A stretch of 64,000 bases of DNA from an uncultured Alphaproteobacteria bacterium (GTDB taxonomy: Bacteria > Pseudomonadota > Alphaproteobacteria > Rs-D84): contig CASCZI010000007.1 in assembly GCA_949156565.1 (NCBI GenBank), positions 10,311 through 74,310 on the forward strand, in the 5' to 3' direction. Positions 28,314 through 37,492 of this stretch are shown in pieces; position 1 is the first letter of the stretch; each line of letters starts with the position of its first letter. The notes beneath the pieces were generated by a model. The model worked only from the letters and a program-made list of their open reading frames with translations. It was not told the origin of the DNA and made no database searches. The position numbers and the translations under genes are program-made.

Positions 28314-29488
28314 TATTTTCCCCCGAAAATCACCCGAATATTCTTGATCAACCGCCCAAAGAATTGTGTTTTTGCCACGCGTGCCTGGGCCACCAATGGC
28401 GCAGTTGCCATGGTTTTCCCATCAAGTTCGGCAATCAATGTACCCACCACCTGGCCCGCGGTCACCGGCGCCGGCAATGGATCATCAAAGCGTGCCAAGA
28501 TCCGTAACCCTTCGCGGCGGGCCGTTTTGGGCAATGTTACCGCGAACGGTTTTTCAATCGTTGCAATAACAAATGGCGCCCGACCATACCATACGGGAAT
28601 CTGGGCAATTTTATCACCAGGACGATAAAATACCTGGGTCGTGGTGGTGGCATATCCATATTCTAATAATTTCTTCATTTCGGCGGCCAATGCATCATGA
28701 CCCCGTACATGCAACCCATTAATTACCCCAATTAATCGACGGCCACCCACAACACTGCTGGCGACCATGCCATACCCACCGTCGTCGGTATGCCCCGTTT
28801 TTAATCCGTCGGCCCCCGGCATCGTAAAGACCAATTTATTATAATTCATGGTGTGTGTCCGCCCCCATTCACGACACCAATCCGAATGATGTTCCCGAAA
28901 TTCAAAACGCCGCGTGGCAAACATCGGATAAATATCGGGATAATCCGTGATTATGTGCGTCGCCAATGTGGCCAATTCCCGACTGGTCATCAAATTGTTG
29001 GGATGGGGCAGTCCCGACGCATTACCAAACGTCGACATCGGCATCCCAATGGCACGTGCCTTTTGCGTCATCATCGCGGTAAAGTTATTTTCAGACCCCG
29101 CCAGTTTTTCCGCCACAACAACCGACGCATCCCCACCCGACAACACAATCAATCCCAAAATCAGATCGCGTACACTGATTGTTTGACCAACCGTCAGGCA
29201 AATCTTGCTGGCCGGGGCCCAAATGGGGTTTGTGTAATCGGCATTTTCACTGACCGATAAGCGGTCATCCATGGAAAGATGTCCGGCCTTTAACTCGTCA
29301 AACAAGACGGCCAAGGTCATCAATTTAATCATTGACGACGGCGGCATCAATGTGTCCGCATTTTTCGCCACAATTTCCGCACCGGAATCATAATCGATTA
29401 AATATGCCGACTGGGCGCGCGTATTAAATTCCGCATGCGCCGCGGCGGTTGTGAATAAAACAAGCAGTGTAATAATTTTCTTTTTCAT
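28313..29488 (-). CDS. dacA: D-alanyl-D-alanine carboxypeptidase (PBP5/6 family)
   Basis: SMIK (SxxK), SGGD (SxN variant), KTG triad, C-terminal PBP5 domain. Confidence 0.85.
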   Translation of the reverse strand: MKKKIITLLVLFTTAAAHAEFNTRAQSAYLIDYDSGAEIVAKNADTLMPPSSMIKLMTLAVLFDELKAGHLSMDDRLSVSENADYTNPIWAPASKICLTVGQTISVRDLILGLIVLSGGDASVVVAEKLAGSENNFTAMMTQKARAIGMPMSTFGNASGLPHPNNLMTSRELATLATHIITDYPDIYPMFATRRFEFREHHSDWCREWGRTHTMNYNKLVFTMPGADGLKTGHTDDGGYGMVASSVVGGRRLIGVINGLHVRGHDALAAEMKKLLEYGYATTTTQVFYRPGDKIAQIPVWYGRAPFVIATIEKPFAVTLPKTARREGLRILARFDDPLPAPVTAGQVVGTLIAELDGKTMATAPLVAQARVAKTQFFGRLIKNIRVIFGGK

Positions 29489-29601
29489 ACCCGCAACCAT
29501 AGCAATTAAAATCCCCCTTGCCAACAGATTTTTATCGATAATAAGTTAAAAACTGTAAGGCATAAGGATCCGCCCCCACGGGGATAACGAACAACAAGAG
29601 C

Positions 29602-29665
29602 AATCCCCCCCCCAGGGGCCGCATGGCCCCGCAGGGAGGGATGGACACGCAGCGGCCGGGGTGGG
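29602..29665 (-). repeat. REP-like palindromic element (copy 1)
   Basis: CCCCGGCCGCTGCGTGTCCATCCCTCCC-[hairpin]-GGGGGGGATT; same family as the pair at 30636-30742. Confidence 0.6.
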
Positions 29666-29839
29666 TTATTTAAACTTGCACTCTGAACACTATTTTTGCC
29701 TTGAAAAAATGCGCGCAATCCGGTAAAATTCCTGGGGTAGAACGCATTAAGACTATGCCTAATCCAAAGGGACAGTTTTTTTAGCGATCCCCAAAAAACA
29801 AAAAATCCCGGATTTCTGCGACAAAATTTCCCCCCAACT

Positions 29840-30628
29840 ATGCCTAAAAAAACCGTCGGGTTTTGCGCGATGACCGCGGCAGTGATCACCCTGCTCTCGG
29901 CAACATCCGCCCATGCCGCCACCTGTGCGGCCGGTTATTATTTAACGGGCGGTGAATGCAAGATGTGCAATGCCGCCCTGGGACTTTATTATTGCCCGGG
30001 CGACGACACGCGCCATCCCTGTCCCACAACCGATATGGATTACACAACGTTAGTGCCATCGGGGTGGCGCGCCCTGTCCATCGCGGAACCCGCCTGGGTG
30101 CGGCAACCGGCAACGGGCCCCAACATGTGCAACGGCGTGTTTAAATTTGACGACGGTCATCAAAACGAAGTCCTGATTCAGTGTCCCTGGAACGGGACCC
30201 ATTATTGGTGCGACGACCAGTTATGGTATCGCGCGGGGCCGGGATACTACCTGGCCTGATACAGCACCACCACATCAATTCATTTGTACCACGGTGTCAA
30301 GGCATGCAGCAACGCGCCCGCCCATGCACATTACATCGGTCCCGGCACGCCGGATGCGCCCGACGGATCCGTGACGGATGCCAATGATTGCCCTTGGGCC
30401 TGTGACGACGGATACGGGCGTGTTGGGGAAACGTGCAAACCGCTCTGTACGGCGGGCGTCACCCGAATCCACGCCGGGACCCAAACCGCGTTCCTGTTTG
30501 CCGCGCGCCACACGTCGCCCACCTTGGTCGTACGCACCCCAGGCGGCGTATGTTATGGTAATTTGACGCCCGGCGGTGGCACGGGCATTAAGATTCGGGT
30601 CGGTGACATCACATATCGGATGGAATAG
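29840..30628 (+). pseudogene. Secreted Cys-rich protein interrupted by one in-frame TGA (30257-30259)
   Basis: ORFs 29840..30259 and 30284..30628 are in the same frame; reading through TGA gives GYYLA*YSTTTSIHLYHGVKAC. Confidence 0.7.
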
Positions 30629-30635
30629 CCACCCT

Positions 30636-30742
30636 CCCCGTCCGCTTCGCAGCCACCCCTCCACAGGAGGGGAATTTAATACGTACCCACTTGGTCTAAA
30701 TTCCCCTTCGCGGGCGAAGAGGTGGACGCGTAGCGGACGGGG
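30636..30742. repeat. Inverted REP-like doublet (REPIN-like)
   Basis: CCCCGTCCGCT...AGCGGACGGGG, CCACC/GGTGG and GGGGAATTTA/TAAATTCCCC inverted pairs. Confidence 0.7.
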
Positions 30743-30770
30743 TAATGGCTACCTGAACTCTGTACGTTTA

Positions 30771-30800
30771 AAAAAATCCCCGCTGATGCGGGGGATTTTT
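30771..30800. terminator. Bidirectional terminator
   Basis: AAAAAATCCCCGC-TGAT-GCGGGGATTTTTT. Confidence 0.8.
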
Positions 30801-31309
30801 TATTTACGTATAGCACGCATTTGTTTTTTAAACGTCCGATATTCATCACGGCTGATGCAATTGTCGTTATTGACGTCCGCAACCACAACCCGCTGGGCAA
30901 ATTCGGCACACTTGATCTTGCTAACATCCAGACATCCGTTCACAAATTCCACGGGCATTTTGGGACCCTTGTGTCCATGATGGCCATAACGACATACACA
31001 CATACATGCCACAAATCCCAATGCAAAGATCACAAAAAACCAGAACAGTTTTTTAATAAATCCCCAACAGCCGCCACCGCATTGACACCCACCGCGATTG
31101 CCGTGGCATGCACATGCCGCCCCACATCCACATGCGTGTTCATGATGGGGATGGGCCATATGTTCATGATGCGGATGATGCATTTCCGGTGCATCAACAA
31201 TCATTTCTTCTTCGACAATGCGCGATGCACGAACCGCCTTTTTCGGGGCCGCTTTTTTGGCCGCCGCTGTTTTTTTCACCGGGGCTTTTTTTACTGATTT
31301 TTGTGCCAT
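30800..31309 (-). CDS. Membrane protein with a Lys/Ala-rich N-terminus, His/Cys-rich linker and C-terminal EF-hand-like loop
   Basis: KKAPVKKTAAAKK; HHPHHEH; CGCGAACAC; TM helix; DVNNDNCISRDE. Confidence 0.7.
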   Translation of the reverse strand: MAQKSVKKAPVKKTAAAKKAAPKKAVRASRIVEEEMIVDAPEMHHPHHEHMAHPHHEHACGCGAACACHGNRGGCQCGGGCWGFIKKLFWFFVIFALGFVACMCVCRYGHHGHKGPKMPVEFVNGCLDVSKIKCAEFAQRVVVADVNNDNCISRDEYRTFKKQMRAIRK

Positions 31310-31417
31310 TTTCCTTTCCTTTGTTGTTCACGCGTCTATTTTATTCAATATAAAAATTTATGTAAAGTGGATTTTTTTCATTTCATAAAAAAACGTCGAA
31401 AACGACGTTTTTTAATT

Positions 31418-31765
31418 TTATTTTTTCCAAAATGCAAATCCACGACGCTGGGGCTTTTCCGCGGGGGAATCGTCACCATTGTCACGCCGATTGCGATATT
31501 GGGCACGACGTTCCTGGAAACGGCGGGCCGCTTCTTCGTCGCGCTGAATCAACTTTAATTGGGTCACAGACAATTTTCCGTCACCACGTACTTCTTCCTC
31601 AAACTCTACAATATCGTTTTCATTCAAGAATCGAATGTCCGCCGCCTTTAGAGCGCTGGAGTGAACAAACACATCATCGGTATTTCCGTTTTCATTGGGT
31701 GTATCGGGCATAATGAATCCGAAACATTTTTTACCATTGTACCATCTTACTTTGCCTTGACGCAT
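31418..31765 (-). CDS. Cold-shock domain protein with basic C-terminal extension
   Basis: GKVRWYN..K.FGFI, DVFVHSS. Confidence 0.9.
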   Translation of the reverse strand: MRQGKVRWYNGKKCFGFIMPDTPNENGNTDDVFVHSSALKAADIRFLNENDIVEFEEEVRGDGKLSVTQLKLIQRDEEAARRFQERRAQYRNRRDNGDDSPAEKPQRRGFAFWKK

Positions 31766-31897
31766 AATCGTGTCCTTATGTTATGCAGTTAACAGTTCCC
31801 GTTCACCGACAAGAACCTGGTTATTATTGTGACGAATTCACACCGTAAATGCAAGCAAATTTGAATTGTTTGATTTCCTAAGGGAATGACCCCTATA

Positions 31898-33298
31898 TTA
31901 TTTCTTGTAATAGCGTTGAACTTCTTTCATCACGAAATTAAACAATTTGCCGGCCAATGTATCTGATGGCACCCCCCAATCACCCCCCGGATATGGCATC
32001 GCAGCAACCAAAATAAACCGTGCCATAAAGTGAAAAATATCGGCTTCTTGAACCTGGGATAATGTTGCGGGCGCAAAATCAATACGAAATACTTCGTTTT
32101 CAATGGCGTTATCTAATTTATCCATAATGGTATCGACCATTTTTTCTGGATAATGCATTGTGCAACTTTTTGGGAACCCATCGAACAATGACATGTTCAA
32201 TCCATGACTGTATATAATATTCCATCCAATTCGTTCCAACAAATCTTCCAGACATCTACACACCAACAGGTTATATTCCCGCACCCCACTTTCATGCGTG
32301 TTGGCAACCATTTGTTCCACACCCATGCTTTTTGTGCCGGTGGTTGCACGCGCAATTTCATAATGTTTATGGGTCTGTTGTTCAAAATCAAAGAACGTTC
32401 GCACCTGGCATATAATTTCCATGGGAACAATCAAACCGTCGGTACCAATATTAATAATTAATTTGGCATCACGATAATTACGTGGATTTTCCATATCATA
32501 AAAACTGTCACGGACCGACAAAATTCTTTCGGGCATCATTTCCTGGACCCGTTCAATAAATGTGCGTGCCTGGGGAACCAGATCAAATAAGCACTTCACC
32601 CGCCATACATCCTGAAGACGCATACGTGGGCGACGCACCTGATCCAATGCCCGCACCAAATTGACCGCAATTTTTTCGTGCCCAGAACCAATGATGGATA
32701 ATATTGTTTCTGATGGGGTGGAATTATATTTTTCCAACAATTTCTTCTTAATTTTTTCGGAAATGGCACGGGCGGACGCTTCGCGATCATGGGACGCGAT
32801 AACTTGATATACGGTATCAACCACTTCTGATACATATTTGGCATAATATTTGCCCGTAATTTTATCCAAAGACCGATTGATATTCTTTTGGGCACCCACG
32901 ATAACCGTTACAATCGAAGAAACCGCCAGAAAAATTTTATGACCGGCACCACTGGCAAAAAATTGGTTCCGCATGGGATCGCCGTCCAAACGATGTTGAA
33001 CCAAATACGGCTCTAATGGATTAATGTCGGCGATTTTCATGGGGGCATCAATGGCGGTGTCTGTTTCATAATCATACCGCATAACGGGTGCCTTTGGGGC
33101 ACCAAAACAACGCCCCAGGAAATAAAAAACTTCGCGTAACCATTTCATCCCATCGGAATACAGAATACGCAAATACGCCGCAGCTTCTTCGTTAATACGA
33201 CCATCCGCCACGGCCCGATCAATTGCCGCCAAATTTTTTCGATCATGTTCCAGCACCAATGCCACAATATCCACTGGTGTCTCTTTTTTATTTGACAT
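31898..33298 (-). CDS. Protein with a divergent RelA/SpoT-like nucleotidyltransferase domain
   Basis: RA...LQDVWR...NYRD...PMEI...THKHYEIAR pattern. Confidence 0.55.
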   Translation of the reverse strand: MSNKKETPVDIVALVLEHDRKNLAAIDRAVADGRINEEAAAYLRILYSDGMKWLREVFYFLGRCFGAPKAPVMRYDYETDTAIDAPMKIADINPLEPYLVQHRLDGDPMRNQFFASGAGHKIFLAVSSIVTVIVGAQKNINRSLDKITGKYYAKYVSEVVDTVYQVIASHDREASARAISEKIKKKLLEKYNSTPSETILSIIGSGHEKIAVNLVRALDQVRRPRMRLQDVWRVKCLFDLVPQARTFIERVQEMMPERILSVRDSFYDMENPRNYRDAKLIINIGTDGLIVPMEIICQVRTFFDFEQQTHKHYEIARATTGTKSMGVEQMVANTHESGVREYNLLVCRCLEDLLERIGWNIIYSHGLNMSLFDGFPKSCTMHYPEKMVDTIMDKLDNAIENEVFRIDFAPATLSQVQEADIFHFMARFILVAAMPYPGGDWGVPSDTLAGKLFNFVMKEVQRYYKK

Positions 33299-33306
33299 TC
33301 AATCCC

Positions 33307-34773
33307 CTATTTCATGATCGGGAACAAAATGACATCACGTAACGTGGGGGCATCCGCAATAATCGAAAAGAAGCGATCAATCCCCAACCCCAATCCCGAA
33401 ATCGGGGGCATTCCATGTTCCATCGCCCGCAAGAAATCTTCGTCCAAGTCAAAGGCTTCGTCATCACCGGCGGCCTTGTTGCGGGCCTGTTCTTCGAATG
33501 CGGCACGTTGTTGTAATGGATTAACCAATTCCGAATACGCCTTGATCAATTCGGCCCCGCATACAATCAATTGAAAGATGTCAATTCGGCGATCATCCGC
33601 GTCGTTGCGTCGTGCCAGTGGGATCATATACGCCGGATAATTATAAACCATGGCCGGATTAATGATTTGATCACGCACCTTGCGCTTGAAAACAAAATCC
33701 ACAATAGCCGGCACAGATTTTAATGGTTCTAATTCATTTGCCGCAAACATACCCGCCGCCACCAATTGGGCACGTAATGCATCGGCATCGTTAAATTCCA
33801 AAATATCCACACCCAACAATTCGTTCATGCGCGCGGTATAATCAATTTCTTGGTATGTGGAAAAATCCAGTTTTGTTCCCTGGTATTCAATTTGCAACGT
33901 TCCGCGCAATTCCATAATAATTTTTTGAATCATCGCCCAAGAAAACGCCATATTATCGCGATAATTCCAATATGCGGCATACCATTCCAACATCGTAAAT
34001 TCTTGCAGATGCATGGCATCCATGCCTTCGTTTCGGAAATTTTTCCCCAATTCATAGACCCGATCAAAACCGGCCGCAATTGTCTGTTTCAAGAATAATT
34101 CCGGTGCAATACGCAAATAAAAATCGGCATCCAATGTGTTGTGATGGGTTACAAATGGCCGGGCCGCGGCCCCAGATGCCACATTTTGCATGATGGGGGT
34201 TTCCACCTCTACAAATCCATGGTCATTCAAATAATCACGGATCAAACGCAGCATCTTAAATCGCATTTTCATTGTCCGACGCGTATCTAAATTCGAAATA
34301 ATATCCAGATACCGTTGGCGATAACGGGTTTCCGTATCGGTCAAACCATGGAATTTTTCTGGCAATGGGCGCAATGCCTTGGACAAAATATCATAACCGG
34401 TGACACGCACGGTTAATTCACCCGCCGTGGTGTGATATAATTCGCCGGTTATCCCTACAAAGTCCCCCAGATCAACGTTAGCCTTAAAAAACTTGTAATT
34501 TTCTTCGCCTAATTCATCACGTGACATAGAAAATTGAATTTCACCATCAATATCATAAATACGCCCAAACATCAATTTACCCAGCCACCGCAACGCGGTC
34601 ACCCGGCCGGCCAATTTGACCGCATTTCCGTCATCCAAATCACGGGCCGCCGCAATGGTATGCGTACGATCAAATTTGTCTTTCCATACAACACCATCAC
34701 GTGCGCGAATATTTTCTGCCTTTTGCAGACGTCCTTGTAATTCATTGGTTGATATTGTTGTGTTTTCTGCCAT
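33307..34773 (-). CDS. lysS: Lysine--tRNA ligase, class II
   Basis: RYRQRYLD, GFVEVETP, PFVTHHN, YLRIAPELFLK, FRNEG, GMPPISGLGLGIDR. Confidence 0.96.
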   Translation of the reverse strand: MAENTTISTNELQGRLQKAENIRARDGVVWKDKFDRTHTIAAARDLDDGNAVKLAGRVTALRWLGKLMFGRIYDIDGEIQFSMSRDELGEENYKFFKANVDLGDFVGITGELYHTTAGELTVRVTGYDILSKALRPLPEKFHGLTDTETRYRQRYLDIISNLDTRRTMKMRFKMLRLIRDYLNDHGFVEVETPIMQNVASGAAARPFVTHHNTLDADFYLRIAPELFLKQTIAAGFDRVYELGKNFRNEGMDAMHLQEFTMLEWYAAYWNYRDNMAFSWAMIQKIIMELRGTLQIEYQGTKLDFSTYQEIDYTARMNELLGVDILEFNDADALRAQLVAAGMFAANELEPLKSVPAIVDFVFKRKVRDQIINPAMVYNYPAYMIPLARRNDADDRRIDIFQLIVCGAELIKAYSELVNPLQQRAAFEEQARNKAAGDDEAFDLDEDFLRAMEHGMPPISGLGLGIDRFFSIIADAPTLRDVILFPIMK

Positions 34774-34791
34774 TATTGATTCCCTTGGATT

Positions 34792-34875
34792 AAAAAAACG
34801 GACGCCAGAAACGTGCGCCCGCCAATTTGATGTGGTCGCACCGAATTATTTCAAACGTTTCATTCCTGATTTCAT
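34792..34875 (-). promoter_or_regulatory. Candidate attenuator: leader uORF MKSGMKRLK plus terminator upstream of lysS
   Basis: uORF 34875-34846 with three AAA codons; hairpin GGCGGGCGC/GCGTCCGTT plus T-tract; alternative pairing GTGCG/CGCAC. Confidence 0.5.
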
Positions 34876-35006
34876 TGCGTGATGCCAAACCTATGTTAAA
34901 ATTCGTGACTATTATACATGTTCACATAAAAAAGTAAAGAATTTAATTGCCTTGCCCACAATCAATATGATATGTCATAGTAATGTCGTAAAACGCATAG
35001 GGTGCG

Positions 35007-36329
35007 ATGAAAAAGTTTTTCATAATTTTGACGTTTATGGCCATTCCATGGCGTGTTGGGGCCACGGAATTTACCATGTCGACGGTGGATGCCATGAAAC
35101 TTGCGGGGGAAATGGTTGATCGGGGCGATGATGAACACGCCACACAAATTTTGACCCAGATTCCCCAGATGTATGGGGCATTGGAAATTGAACGCTGGTT
35201 TCTCTTGGCGCAGATTGCCCAAAAAGACGGCGACATTGACACGGCGGTTAAAATATATCACAAAATTTTAGATGCCCAACCCAATCTGGCGCGGGTACGG
35301 TTTGAATTGGCCATTTGTTACATGCACCAGAAAAAATGGCGGCGGGCCGATTACCATCTGCGTTTGGCCATGGCGGGGCGGGATTTACCCGATACCGCGC
35401 GGCAAACAATGAATTATTACCGGTATCTTATCCGTCAAAATAAAAATTGGAATGTATGGTTTAATTTGGGGGTTGCGCCGGATAATAATGTAAATAATAC
35501 CGCCGGTGGCACCGAATGTGTTGCAACCATGTTTGGATTGATGTGCCGCGATCTGGTGGACCCAGAAACGGCCATGGGTGGTAATTTATCCATTGGGGGA
35601 AATTATGAATTTAAAATGGGGGAACAATGGCGATGGAAATCAGACGCCACCATTTATACCAATATTTATAACAAACATGATTATGATGACCTCTACCTGG
35701 GGGTGGGGACGGGGCCACGATACGTTTGGTCCCGGGGCGATATTTGGTTGGCGTTGATCGGGGCACGACGTTGGTATGGGTGGGATCCGTATTATTGGTC
35801 AATGGGTGTAAAAATTGATGCCAATTACGATTTTACAAGAAAACTGTCCGGTGGACTTTATCTGCGGTTCATGGAAAATAGTTATGACGCATTTGGCCAA
35901 TATCTGGATGGGGAAACGTATTCGGCAATCGGTCGAATGACCTATTCCTTTGGCCCCAGTATATATATGACCATGCGTGGCGGTGTTACCCGCGAACGAA
36001 CGGCGGATGCGGCATATGCATATTGGCAACCCAATGTGGCCGTTGGGATTGGGGCCGAATTACCAATGGGGTTCCATGTATATCTGGAACCATCGGCATA
36101 TTGGTCGTGGTATGATGGCGCCCAATGGGTCGTCCACCATCATGCCTTTGCCCAAATTGCGGCGCGGGATTGGACACAACGGTATGCGGTGTCGGTGTCG
36201 AATAACAAATTAAATATATGGGGGTTTGTTCCAACATTCACCGTCAGCTTTACCCGACGTGAATCCAATATATGGCAACGGGAATATAATAAAACCGCAC
36301 TGGAATTTACAATGCAACAAAGATTTTAA
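35007..36329 (+). CDS. Slam/DUF560-like outer-membrane translocon (TPR + beta-barrel)
   Basis: Signal peptide, TPR (PNLARVRFELA), PDNNVN motif, aromatic beta-strands, C-terminal F. Confidence 0.8.
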   Translation: MKKFFIILTFMAIPWRVGATEFTMSTVDAMKLAGEMVDRGDDEHATQILTQIPQMYGALEIERWFLLAQIAQKDGDIDTAVKIYHKILDAQPNLARVRFELAICYMHQKKWRRADYHLRLAMAGRDLPDTARQTMNYYRYLIRQNKNWNVWFNLGVAPDNNVNNTAGGTECVATMFGLMCRDLVDPETAMGGNLSIGGNYEFKMGEQWRWKSDATIYTNIYNKHDYDDLYLGVGTGPRYVWSRGDIWLALIGARRWYGWDPYYWSMGVKIDANYDFTRKLSGGLYLRFMENSYDAFGQYLDGETYSAIGRMTYSFGPSIYMTMRGGVTRERTADAAYAYWQPNVAVGIGAELPMGFHVYLEPSAYWSWYDGAQWVVHHHAFAQIAARDWTQRYAVSVSNNKLNIWGFVPTFTVSFTRRESNIWQREYNKTALEFTMQQRF

Positions 36330-36349
36330 AATAACCAAAGGAGAAACAA

Positions 36350-37408
36350 ATGAAAAAATATATGATTTGGGCAACTGTGTTGGGATTGGGGGCATGCAAT
36401 GGTGGCGGCGGTGGCGATGGGAATGGTGGATTTCCACAAATGATCCCCGACGCCAATCGTATTCAACCCGCCGATGTGACCAGTAATGCCGTCATCACCG
36501 CCATGGCATCAGAGGTGGGCGTCGACGCCGACGGCAATAGGGTTATTTTGGCACGCAATGCCACCGGTGCAATTGACCGCGATGGGATCCGATATATCGC
36601 CTATCGTTTAGATGATGTAGATTTTGATGCCATTGTCACATCCGGGGATACAGACGATTTGCGATTTACCATTGATAAAAATGGGCGGATTAATGGCATA
36701 CGCTTTGACAATGACACACATTGCGCCGGGGATAAATGTCCCGCCGCAATGTTTAATACCATGGCCCGCGTTGGTGATACAAATAAATTTGATTTCACGT
36801 CACCCAACACAACCGGCACCGCCGAATATATCAGTTATGGTCGTGAAATGGGCATGAAATATGCAGATTTCGGCACAATCAAAATTGACGGAACATTTAA
36901 TGGCAACGCATATCAAAGCAATACAATGTTTGCCGGCGGCTATGACGTGATGGAGGTAGATGATAAAAACATCCGTCAAAACGTTACCTTTACCGGCACC
37001 GCCCGCGGCACGGTGACGGGTGCCAATAACAAATCCATTGAATTGGCCGATAATGCGGCAACATTGAACTTTGACCCCACCAATGGAACCGAAACGATCA
37101 AGGCAAAGTTCTTTAATTGGTACGATGTCAATGTGATTAAAAATGATGCCACAGACCAAATTAATATTGCATTGGATCAATCGGGCAAAACAATCGATAA
37201 TGATTTGCAGTATGCAAACGCACCGTCCGCCAACCTAAAAGACGGGATAAACCAAACCGGTGCCGGTACAGAAACGGTTGTTTTTGAAACAAGCTATTAC
37301 GGGCAACATAATAATCCCACCGAATCCACGGCCTTGTTCCAATATCAACAAACGGCCCCCGATGGAAAAACCGTAAATGCCGTCATCGGGTTTGGGGGCA
37401 AAAATTAA
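36350..37408 (+). CDS. Surface lipoprotein with TbpB-like beta-barrel (putative Slam cargo)
   Basis: LGAC lipobox followed by a Gly linker, TFTGTARG, C-terminal VIGFGGK. Confidence 0.75.
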   Translation: MKKYMIWATVLGLGACNGGGGGDGNGGFPQMIPDANRIQPADVTSNAVITAMASEVGVDADGNRVILARNATGAIDRDGIRYIAYRLDDVDFDAIVTSGDTDDLRFTIDKNGRINGIRFDNDTHCAGDKCPAAMFNTMARVGDTNKFDFTSPNTTGTAEYISYGREMGMKYADFGTIKIDGTFNGNAYQSNTMFAGGYDVMEVDDKNIRQNVTFTGTARGTVTGANNKSIELADNAATLNFDPTNGTETIKAKFFNWYDVNVIKNDATDQINIALDQSGKTIDNDLQYANAPSANLKDGINQTGAGTETVVFETSYYGQHNNPTESTALFQYQQTAPDGKTVNAVIGFGGKN

Positions 37409-37427
37409 TTACCCCGCCCACGACATA

Positions 37428-37454
37428 CACCACCCGCATCTGGGTGGTGTTTTT
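37428..37454 (+). terminator. Intrinsic terminator
   Basis: ACACCACCC-GCATCT-GGGTGGTGT followed by TTTT. Confidence 0.7.
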
Positions 37455-37492
37455 ATTGACAATTCATATTTTTGTATTATAATTATTCCATA

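Noticed and set aside
29506-29922. 138-aa minus-strand ORF and the 30576..30980 ORF spanning the palindromes
   Set aside because: They are read-throughs of REP-like and intergenic DNA overlapping real genes.
30257-30259. Possible TGA recoding (genetic code 4/25 or selenocysteine)
   Set aside because: TGA terminates mlaF and mlaE in ATGA overlaps, other genes use TGG for Trp, and no SECIS-like hairpin follows the codon.
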